From Leucoraja erinacea (taxonomy: Eukaryota): a stretch of DNA of 64,000 nt. Under the pieces are notes generated by a model. The model did not search any database, was not told where the DNA came from, and was given only the letters and a program-made list of their open reading frames with translations. This document shows, piece by piece, positions 37,801 through 49,800 of this stretch. The stretch covers positions 13,454,001-13,518,000 of the forward strand of contig NC_073385.1 in assembly GCF_028641065.1 (NCBI RefSeq), in the 5' to 3' direction. Position 1 is the first letter of the stretch; every line of letters begins with the position of its first letter. The position numbers and the translations under genes were made by a program.

Positions 37801-40800
37801 ATTAAGGATGCATTCCAGCCCCTGAGGTGCCCAGCGGTCCCGGAAACCCACCAGGGTTCCCGTGGACAGCGCGTAGTCCATCTTTAATACCACCTGGGCG
37901 TGGACGTAACCCTGGAAAAAGGGCAAGACTTTGACTCTTGGTGTGCTCAGACCAGGTATTTGCCACCATCGTGTCTGTATGATCCCGTCTCAAGCAACTT
38001 CCGCTTGTTGCATGAAAGATAACCCAAGTACAATCTACAACTTCCATTGTGTGATCAGTGCCTAATTGGCTTATTGGATTTTTTTAAGTTGATTTCCCCA
38101 TTTTAATGCCTTGACTGTGCATCTCTGCAAGCATTGTCCTGTTAAGATTGAAAAAAACCCAACAAATCCACAAAAACACCATGGTTCCCAGTATTGCAAT
38201 CCCAGTATTTCCGGTGTTGTACTTCCGGTGGCGCTGGTGCCAGCAGCCTCCACCTACAGCCCGGTATCTTTTTGTTTTTTTGTTTATTTAGTTATGTAAA
38301 AGTGTGTTTTTTTGTGTTTTTTTTGTGTTTTTATGTGGGGGAAGAGGGCACGGTGCGGGGGATACCGTCCTTCAGCCGCTTCCTGGTGAGGACGCGACTA
38401 TTATTCGAGTCACATCCTCGCCCCCTCCCCCCACAGCGGCCTACCTACCTGGATTGGCGCGGCCTTTCCTGCCGGGATCGACCGGAGCTCCAGCAGCGGC
38501 GGGACAGCGCTGAAACATCGCGGGACTGGCGATGCCTTACCGGGGGTCGCCGTCTGGAGCCCGGAGTGCTGGACCTGCTGCACCGACATCCTGGAGCTGC
38601 GGTTTGCGGAGCTCCCAACGCGGGCGGCGCTGATGGACAGCGCGGGGTCCTGCGACTCTGCCCGGCTCGGCCTGTGGACTCAGGAGCTGCAGACTCCGGC
38701 AGCGGGAGGCGGCTGATCAGGAGGTCCGGGCCGCTGAGGAGGAGGATGCTCACCGTCGGGGTTCGGCGTCGGCGTTCCACCAGCCCAGCGTGAGGGCCTG
38801 AACATCGGGCCACCCGGGGCGGCAACTGCGGGTGTTCGGAAGGCCCCGACCACGGATGAACACGGAGGGGAGGCTGGCTGGACTATGGTGCCTTCCTCAC
38901 CTTGGTGCCATTTATGTTATGTTGTGTCGTGGACTTTCTGTGTTTGTGCTTTTTTAAAATTCAATTTCAATTTTATTTTTAATATGTTTTATTATTTATT
39001 TATTTATTGGTGATTTTTTTATGATACTGCCTGTAAGGGAAATTCATTTCGTTGTCTCAAATTGAGACAATGACAATAAATTTGAATACAATACAATAAA
39101 TGCAATACAAATATGACAATTGACTCTTGACAATTGGCAAATATGACAATTGACTAGATTGCGAATTAAAGATTTGTCTCACTCCAGTCATTCCTTTTCC
39201 TCACTCTGACCGGGCAGAAGGTATAGAGGTTTAAAGGCATACAGCACCAGGCTCACAAACAGCTTCTCCTCCATTAACTGGTGTTGAATGGTCCTTCCAC
39301 AAGCTAAGGTACAATCCTGATTGTACTCCACTCCATTGCAGACATTAAACTTTGTCTCTGGAAATAATGCACTACAATGCTGAGAGATAATAATCTGCAA
39401 TCCATATCCTTCCCTTCACTTTACCTATTGTACTTGAGTTTGGCTTGATTGTACTTATGTAGAATATCATCTGATTTGATTAGCCAGCATGCAAAACAAA
39501 GCTTTTCACTGTACTTTGTGGCACCTCAATAATAAACCTCAACCTATTTTTAAAATAATTCTATTTTGAGAAGACCCCAACAACAAAATCGCTGTCTCCT
39601 TACCTTGGCGTTCTTCCAATTTGAGATGCATGGAGGAATTTTCCACTCTTGCTGTTCTTTTACCGTCATCTGAAATGGAAAAAAAAATAACAAAGGTTCT
39701 ATTAGAAGAATCAAACAAACTCAAACAAAGACACCCCTCAACGTGGCCAAGTTTAAAACTAATGCAGAAACAAAATGCTGGAGTAAATCAGCGGGTCAGA
39801 ATCAAGCAGCATCTCTGAAGAATGTGGTTAGATGACGTTTCAAATTCTGGAGTACCTCAATGGTCACTTAAAACAAATATACCATTGCAGCAATCTTACA
39901 GTTCATTGATTATTTATATTTAAGAAATTGTATACGAATATAGGTGGCATATTTATAAGTTTGTCATTGACACTAAAATTGGTGGTATGATAAGACAGTG
40001 AAGGCTATCCAAGATTGCAAAGGGATTTTGATTAACTGGGCCAATGGGCCGAAGAATGGCAGATGCAAGTTTAATTCAGAAAAGTGCAAAGTGAGGCAAT
40101 TTGGTAGGACAAACCAGGGAAGAACTGGGGAGTGTTGTAGGACATAGACCAAGGCATGTTGGTCTATACTTCCAAGAATGTGGTGGTACAGATAGACTGG
40201 CCGTGGGGGTGAAGGTGCTTGGTACATTTGCCTTCGTTGATCAGAGTACTGAGCACATGAATTTGGATGTCATGTTACAGATGTACAAGATGCTGGTAAG
40301 GTCACATTTGGAGTAGTGTGCAGAGTCTGTTTGCCCTGCCACAGGAAGGATAAACTGAAAATGTGCAGAGGAGATTTATAATGATGCTACTGGGTGTGGA
40401 AGGTTTGATGTATAAGGAGAGGCTGGGTCTTTTTTCCCTGGAGCATAGGAGGCTGAGTTGTGATCTTACAAAATAATGAGGGGAACAGATAAGGTTAATG
40501 ACCACAGTATTTTCCTCAGGGTAGGGAAGTCTGAAACCAGAAGGCATAACATTGGATTGAGGGGGAAGGGCAGGGGGTGGGGGGGTGGTTTCGAGGGGAA
40601 GATTGTAAAAAGGGCAGCTCTTCACACTGGTGCATATATACAGAATGACTTCCATAGGAAGTATCAGAGGTGAGTAAAATTATAACATTTAAATTTGGGG
40701 ATACGTAGACAAGGTTTGGAGGAATATGGGACAGGCACAGATGAGTGGGACTAGCTCGGTTAGGCAATAATGCCAGCAAGAACAAGTTTGCCCAAAGGGC

Positions 40801-43800
40801 TTGTTACCGCATTGTGTGGCTCTACAACTTTCATTCTCCAAGGTGTCTGCACTGCTCGAATTCTTGCCCTGTGATCATCCCCAAATTTAATCTGTCTTCC
40901 AATGATGATCATGTCTTCAGTTCCAAAATCTAAGACTCTAGGAATATTTCTGTTTATCTTTTATCCTATTAAATCGCCGCCTAATCTCTCTCCCTCGGAT
41001 ATCTTCACTAATAGTTATTTGGCATAGTACCAATTTCTTTGTTTGATAATAATGCTGTGAACTATTTTGGATCATTTTTGTGTGTGACACTCCAAAAAAT
41101 TAAAAGTGATTAGTATTACATTGTATTCCTGGCGACAGCGGTTTGTAAAAAAAACCCATCCAAACCAGTCACTTTGTTCGTGCTTCCTGACCCACTGAGT
41201 TCCTTCCACAGTTCTCCATTTTTATTGAATTGAATCCTTTATTTGTCATTCAGACCTATTGCTCCAGATTCTAGCAATCTCTCGAGCCTCCACTTGGTTC
41301 TTTTTTATGGTACTCGCACAATACTATCAAGTGAACTGTTATACGCAATGTGTACTTGTGAATGGCAGGCCAGATAGTCTGGCCAGATCCGACTGACAAT
41401 AAACAGGCAGAAAGTCAAGATACTGCAATGGAGTATAGTTTTAAAGAAACTCAGCGGGTGCAGCAGCATCTATGGGGCGAAGGAAATAGGCAACGTTTCG
41501 GGCCGAAACCCTTCTTCAGAAGGGTTTCGGCCCAAAACGTGGCCTATTTCCTTCGCTCCATAGATGCTGCTGTACCCGCTGAGTTTCTCCAGCACTTTTG
41601 TCTACCTTCGATTTTCCAGCATCTCCAGTTCCTTCTTAAACACGGAGTATAGTTTTAATGTTTAGTTCAGAGATACAGCACAGAAACAAACCCTTTGGGC
41701 CACCAAGTCCATGCTGACCAGATTAACAGTTCGCACTGGTTCTATACCCACCTGACATCAGTGGTGGGGAAGATGCTGGAGTTAATTATCAAAAATGAAA
41801 TAGCGGCACATTTGGATAGCAGTAACAGGATCAGTCCAAGTCAGCATGGATTTACAAAGGGAGAATTTTTTGAGGATGTAACAAGTAAAATGGACAAGGG
41901 AAAGCCATTGGATGTAGCGTACCTGGACTTTCAGAAAGCCTTTGATAAGGTCCCACACAGGAGATTAGCGGACAAAATTAGAGCACATGGTATTAGGGGT
42001 AGGGAATTGACATGGGTAGAAAATTAGATGGCAGACAGGAAACAAAGAGTAGGGACTAACGGGCCCCTTTCAGAATGGCAGGTAGTGTCTAGTGGGGTGC
42101 CGCAAGGCTCGGTGCTGGAACCGCAGCTATTTACAATATACATTAATGATTTAGACGAAGAAATTAAAACTAACATTAGCAAATTTGCAAATGACACAAA
42201 GCTGAGTAGAAGTGTGAACTGCAAAGAGGATGCTATGAGGATGCAGGGTGATTTGGAAAGGTTAGGTGAGTGGGCAGATGCAGTATAATGTGGATAAATG
42301 TGAGGTTATCCACTTTGGTGGCAAGAATGGGAAGGCAGATTATTATCTAAATGGTATAGGAAAGAACTGCAGATGCTGGTTTAAATCGAAGGTAGACACA
42401 AAATGCTGGAGTAACACAGCGGGCAGGCAGCATCTGTGGAGAGAAGGAATGGGTGAAGTTTCGGATCAAGACCCTTCTTCAGACTGATGTCAGTGGAGGG
42501 GGCAGGACAAAGATAGAATGTAGTCGGAGACAGTAAGACTAGTGAGAGAATTGGGAAGGGGATGGAGAGAGAAAGCAAGGGCTATCTGAAGTTAGAGAAG
42601 TCAATGTTCATATCCCTGGGGTGTTATCTGAATGGTGTCAGGTTAGGAAAAGGGGAAGTACAACGGGACCTGGGTGTCCTTGTGCATCAGACACTGAAAG
42701 TAAGCATGCAGGTACAACAGGCAGTGAAGAAAGGTATGGCATGTTGGCCTTCATAACGAGAGGAGTTGAGTATGGGAGTTGTACAGGGCCCTGATGAGAC
42801 CATGCCTGGAGTATTGTGTGCAGTTTTGGTCTCCTGATTTGAGGAAGGACATTCTTGCTATTGAGGGAGTAGGTTCACAATGTTAATTCCCGGGATGGCG
42901 GGACTGTCATATGACGAAGGAATGGAGCGACTGGGCTTGTATTCACTGGAATTTAGAAGGATGAGAGTGGATCTAATAGAAACATATAAAATTATTAAGG
43001 GATTTTACACACTAGATGCAGGAAACAAGTTCCTGATTGTGGGGGAGTCCAGAACCAGGGGCCACAGTTTAAGAATAAGGGGTAATTTAGAACTAAGATG
43101 AGGAAAAGCTTTTTCACACAGTTGTGAATTTGTGGAATCTCTGCCTTGGAAGGGAGTGGAGGCTGATTCATTGGATGCATTCTAAACAGAGTTAGATAGA
43201 GCTCTTCAGGCTAGAGGAATCGAGAGGATATGGTGAGAAGGCAGGAACGGGGTATTGATTGTGGATGATCAGCCATGGTCACATTGAATGGCGGTGCTGG
43301 ATCGAAGGGCCGAATGGCCTACTCCTGCACTGTTTGTCTATGTATCTATATATAATCCCACTTTTTCATCCATTCACTACACTTGAGGGGTAATTTACAG
43401 TCAACTTACAAACCCACACACCTTTGGGGCGTGGGAGGAAACCGGAGCATCTGGAAGAAACTCATGCTGTCACAGGGAGAAGGTGCAGACTCCACATTGA
43501 CAGGACTCGGGTCTCTGGTGCTATAAGGCAGCATCTGAGAAAGACTGGTAGCAAAAGCATGCTCTTAAAAAAATTAAACTGAAGATCAATTGTAGGCAGG
43601 GAAATTGTCAGGGGTTCAATTTGGCTTCAGCACCAACTCCCTCGTATACATGGCAATCCGTGTTCTGCATGATATTCTGCAGTGTTTTTGTAGGGGAAGC
43701 AAGTTGGGAATGTGTGATTCTCTCAGTGATGGATGTCACACTGAACTTTACTAGACAGCAGACTGCCTGATAAAATAATGTTTCTTTAAAATAGCAATGC

Positions 43801-46800
43801 CACGTTTCACTTTGCAGCAGAGTCATTATACCATACTCAATTTCACCAGTGAAATCTACAGGAGAGGACGAGCTGTCAGTGATAGTTAATGCTGCTCTTC
43901 ATCGCTCTGTTCTCTGCCATGCTTCACCCTGACACCAAACAATAGCACGTTTTAATCCAGCAGCAGTAATTGACTTCGAAATGCACCAACGCCACGATTC
44001 TGCTGTGGGGATTTAATTTATCTCTGCTGGAAATATGGAAGGCTACGAAGTTATGAGTTATCAGCTCATCAAAAAACAAAAAGCATTAAAAACAAAGGGT
44101 TTGTGCAACTGTCTTATTACAGATTTCAAATGCAGCTTTTATGCGGAAGTTAAAAAATAAAATCTGCTGTAAAATATTGGTGAGCACCGTTCCCTTGCAT
44201 TAGCTGATCACGCTCCTACCTTTCTGCTAGGCGAATGCATGACAGGTGCAGGAGGTGATGGGGGACCTCGGGGAATCTTCTTATTAATCCTAAACACAAA
44301 AGAGACACTCAGATTAGGTCATAATGAGCTCCTCAAGAAGAAATTGTAGAATCATGTCATTTTTACCCGATCCACACTCCATCCACGGTACTGCATTGGA
44401 ACATTGTCATTAATGGAACACATTAATGGAACATTAATTGCAAAAGTTTCCAATTAATGGAAACCAATTTCACAATTTAAAGAAACATACTTTAGACCCA
44501 GAAAACGACCAGGTTTCTGAGTACAATCAGCATTTGCGTTGGAACTCCTGAATGTTGTAAATAGATTCAGATTACACAACTATACGAAATGAAGTTAACT
44601 TGTGCTTCTTTTGAAACAGCAATACTGATATGAAAAGTCGCATAAAAATAAAATACATAAAAGGCCTCCATGCTATTCACTTACTTGAATCGTGGTGGTT
44701 CCATGGGGTCCTTTTGCATTTCCACCATCCTGATAACTCTCTGCTTAGCTCCCGAGTTGAAAGCAACACCTTGTTGAGAAGGAGTATACCTGCATTGAAG
44801 AATAAATTTAGTTTGCTGACCATGGCACAAACACACTACTTGTCCTCAATTCTTCAAAATTATACTGAATTTAAGGAAATGTAGTATCTGAACTGATCTT
44901 GGCATCAGATGAATCACAAGTTGTGATCAGCAACCATTGAATTTCTTTCTCCCATTCAATTATCCCCATCTATGGATCTAGATGCTGCTTACTGTATCAT
45001 CAACTTGCCTCTTCACCCCCCCTGAAGTGTCAAAATACGTTTGAAATTCAGTATTAGACAGAAATCCTTCCAGCTAACCGACTAATCCACCCCACGACCA
45101 CTTATTGACTTATTTATCCATTTCTATTGACTTAGGTTGAGCTACATTTTAATTTTACAATAATTATTTGTGTTAATTTTGTTAATTCAATTTCCATACC
45201 AATTCCATCTATCCACCTGGCAAGCTGAAATTGAACCAAGTTGTCCTCCAGCTAAAGTTTCCGACCATCGAGGTGCCCACTGCTCAGTAGCATTATTTTA
45301 CTTCAGAGCAGTTGACTATGAAAATCGCATCCATACATTTGTTTCCTTATAAAGTAAGAACAAATAAGCAGAAAATTGGTCATTTGGTCCCTAGCACCTG
45401 CTCTTCTTTTCATTAAGCTCCTGGCTGACCTTTTACTTCAGTGCTACCTTCTTGTATTAATCCCATAATATCTAATTGTATATCTATTGGTTATAGTGAG
45501 CGAGTCTCCACAGCTTTGCTGCAAGAAGAGCCCCAAGGATTCACTAACCTTTGGTGAAGAAACATTTTCTCATCTCTGAACCATTCCAGTTGCAATGGAG
45601 TTTATTTTATGTAAAAATATTAAGGGACATGCAGAAAATGAGTATAGCTCACCCTTGAGCCAATTCAATGGAGATGGGCTCAAATAATCTAATAAACCGT
45701 TCCTATTATTAAATGTCCTATTTTTAGACTATTCAGCTTGTTAAAACAAGTTATTGACAGAGTGAGAATCAGCTAACCCTCCACTTCACCCAAAGCTGGA
45801 CTGTGTAGAAAACTTTATGCAAACAAGAAAGACCAACATTTTCTAAAACAGGTCATAGTCCTATATCCAAGTGAAATCCCATCACATCTGAGTACTCAGT
45901 TACTCTTCTAACCTGATGTACTGTGCAGGGGCTAGCTTCTCAGCTGCTCGAACAGGCATGGCTGCTGCAACCTTCTGTGAGACTTGTTTCTCCAGAGCTG
46001 AACGCGTCTTTTCAGTCAACTGCAATGAAACAGGAGTTATTTTAGCAAGTTAACATGCATTACCTATGGACTGCCTATGGACAACGTATCTAACAACTAC
46101 CTGATCTTAATTTTCAAGGATTAACAGGCTGTCTTACCCAAGGCAAAGTCAACTGTCAAATTGTGTTAGTTTTTAAACTGAGGTGTTAGAAACAACATGT
46201 CACACAACATATGGAGTTGCTTATTACCAGAGCTAGGGTGTAATCATATCCTCGATTAAGGAGGTTTTCTTCTGACTCTACTAACATTTCCACAGACAAC
46301 GCATATGCTATTTATTGCGCACAGGATTAGCAATAATGCTGAAGAATGTTTTATGTTTTAACATCCCCCCTGTGTAAAAAAACATCAGATGAGATTGGTT
46401 GAGTTTATTTATGTAAAAATATTAAGGGACAAAAAAAAAAAACGAGGTATAGATCACCATTGATCCAATTCAATGGAGAATAACTGTTCCAGTTACTTTA
46501 CAGTCTTCCAACACCAACTACCAATCAGCCATATGTGTGAATATCAATGGGCTATTTAACAGCAAGGGGCTAAACAAAACCTGCATCATTTCACAGCAGG
46601 AATCAATGGATGGTGAACTGGAACGCAGATATTCAGAGTGGTTTGTATCTCTTGCAATATTGTAACCAATTATAACAGACTGATGATATGCTGAACAAGC
46701 TTAAACAAATTAATACTGATTGGAGACTGAGTTTGCAACTTTAATATCTCAAAAAACACAACATATGTATATTTACCGATGGAGCCTTCAAAAAGCTCCA

Positions 46801-49800
46801 GAACAAATCAAATATTCATTCTGCAATATTCTAACTTGCTCATCTTTTTTTCTGCCGTCTCCTTAAATCAATCAGCCCGGACCTAACCTCTCACATAGCA
46901 CGCCTACACAATGTGTCGCAACACCTTCAATTTAATACAAGACACGGTCTTTTTTTGTGATTAAAGTATGGAGGATTTGTAATGCTGAAACAGCTACGAG
47001 CACTCAATTTATTTTGAAGGATGGACACTTAATATTCCGTGAACAGAATAGCATAGCTTTTGTGCAGCAAAACCCTCCGAGATATTGTGCAGGAGTACAT
47101 AATTCACCTCACACGCAGAACCAGAACTAATGCACATTGAATAAGAAAGGAACCTTCATTTATTTAGCTATTTGAAGTCTTTTGGCTCGAAGCCACTATG
47201 AAATCGTCTTTATTATGCCTGCACTGACATATCTGGCTAGCAATATCAGCCTTTCCAAATGCCAGAATACGTGTAAAATCGCCTCAAAATTATTTTTGTG
47301 TAAAAACAGATGCAAATGTTAGAGAAGCAGCATGGAAGCAGCCACTTTAACCCACAATGTCCACGCCAAATCACCAGTTCACACTAGTTCCGTGTTATCC
47401 TATTTTCTAAACACTTGGGGCAATTTGCAGAGGCCAATTAACTTACCCTCACACGTCTTTGAGACGTGGGGGATGACCAGAGCAGCTGGAGGAAACCTAC
47501 GTGGTCACAAGGGGAACGTGCAAACTCCACCCGGATAGCGCCCGAGGTTGGAAAGGTTGATATTGTTAGCCAGATATGTTAAAAACATCTGTCAATGCGG
47601 TCATAATAACGAAGATTTCATAATGGCTTTGAACCAAAAGACTTCAAATAGCTAAATAAACAACGTTTTTTTCCCCACTTATTCAATGTGCATTTGTTCT
47701 GGTTTTACTTACGAGGTGAATCCTACATGGTCACAAGGGGAACATGCAAACTCCACGCGGATGGCGCCCGAGGTCAGGATCGAATCTGAGTCTCTGGAGC
47801 TGTGAGGCTTTAACTATGAGCTGTGCCAGTTAACTATTATTTTGAAACAAGGCAGAAAATGTGTATACTATCTTGCCCACCCAGAGAAATTAGTTAATCC
47901 ATTTGATGAACTCAACCGACAAATACATAATTCCATTCCCTCATAGAAAGAACCAAGATTTGTTTAAAGAGCGCGGCCTGTGGACCAGATTTCTCTCTCC
48001 TCCACAAATCTATTGCCACCTTGTATGCAGAAAAAGTCTGCTGGCAAAATGCTTTTGGGAACAGCACAGGCAATTTACCAGTGCCCTATTGCAAACTGGT
48101 AGATGGTATGCAAATTCCAATATTTTCAAACTGTATTAAATAATAGAAATGTTTAGTCCAATTGACTGCCCTTTCCAAATATCTAAAATGACTCCTCAAA
48201 TGTCCATCTTATTCAATAATGGTATCCCTCAAAACAGAAACACTCTCAATGTCATACAGACAGGGTTAAAAGTAACTCACCTCCTTTATACTGTCTTCAT
48301 CCGGCCTCTGCAGCTCTGGATCATCTTCATTTATAACTTCTTTGGGAATGAGATCTGTAAACTTGCTGTATACAACCTGCACAAGCAGAAACAAAATTGA
48401 AATTGAAACATTGTTAAAATTAAATTTGCAAACCCCAAATCTGTATTACCCTCATACCTGCAGGTAGAATCCATGGCTTAAACTCTACAATAAACTGTTG
48501 GACATGAGCATTCACCCAGCCATGTGCCATTGGATTCTGCACTTTCTGACAGACAGCAAAGAGTCAAGGTGGGTGAAAAACTCTCCAGCCCTCTGACTCT
48601 CAATACAGGAGCCCCTCAAGGGTGCGTTCTGTCACCTCAGCTCTTTTCACTTTACACCAACAACCTCGCATCCCAATGCAGCTCAGTCAAAATTTTTAAA
48701 TATGCAGACGACACAAAAATAATTGGCCTCATCTCAGACAACAACGAATCACAATACCATCAATCAGTGGACAACGCAGTCAAATGGTACGCAGACAACA
48801 ACCTCCAGCTTAATACTTCAAAAACCTTAGAAATCATCATAGATTTCAGACGCAAACAAAACCCCAAACCCTCGGTCCATGTCAACTCCCATCCCATAAC
48901 CTCCACGAACTCATTTAAGTTTCTGGGCACCTATATCTGCAATAATCTAAAATGGCACATCAACGCAGACTACATCATCAAGAAAGGACAACAACGCCTA
49001 TACTTCCTCAGACAACGCCTATACTTCCTCAAAAAGTTCAGAGTCCACAAACACCTCCTGGTCCGTTTTTTATCAATCCATCATTGAAAGCATCATCACC
49101 TCCTCAATCACAGTCTGGTACAGAAACACTGACAGTCACTCACTACACAGATTACAGCACATTGTCTCCAAGGCCTCCAGGATCATCAACTCCCCCCTCC
49201 CCTCAATCCATTCCATTTACCTCCAACGTACCTCAAAACGGGCAATAAAGATCATCTCGGACCCTTCCCATCCAGCAAACCACCTTTTCCAGTCTCTCCC
49301 TTCAGGGAGGCGCCTCAGGTCACTTGCTACAAAAACCACCTGCTTTAAAAACAGTTTCTTCCCCTCAGCGATAAGAACACTCAATACCCTCCAATAACAG
49401 TCAATATTAAGGACTTTTGATGTATACAGTGTCTTGTCTATGGTCATTGTCTGTTCTTTTGCACTATGTATTGTTGGTGAGATTTGTGATTTGTGATGTG
49501 GTATGGATGCACTTTATTACTGTGATCTGTGTTGTTATTAGTGTTAATGTGACTAAAGCAGTGTACCATCATGTACCGAACCTAAATACCACCAACCCTG
49601 GTCGTGTGGCAAATAAAGATTCTATCTATCTATTTACCAACTACCCTAAAATTTGAAGAAATTACATTTGGCCAGAGTAGGAATCAATTTAGTTTAGCTC
49701 ATTGTTACGTGTACCGAGGTACAGTGAAAAGGTTTTTGTTGCGTGCTATCCAGTCAGCAGAAAGACTAAATATGATAATAATCAAGCTGTTCACAGTGAC

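Noticed and set aside
38194-38825. 199-aa and 126-aa ORFs in GC-rich DNA (also 2772-3209 and 49851-50291)
   Set aside because: Stop-poor GC-rich repeats with no recognisable domain or exon structure
48990-49031. 21-nt in-frame duplication ([14 protein letters not shown])
   Set aside because: Ordinary slippage in a dead LINE fragment
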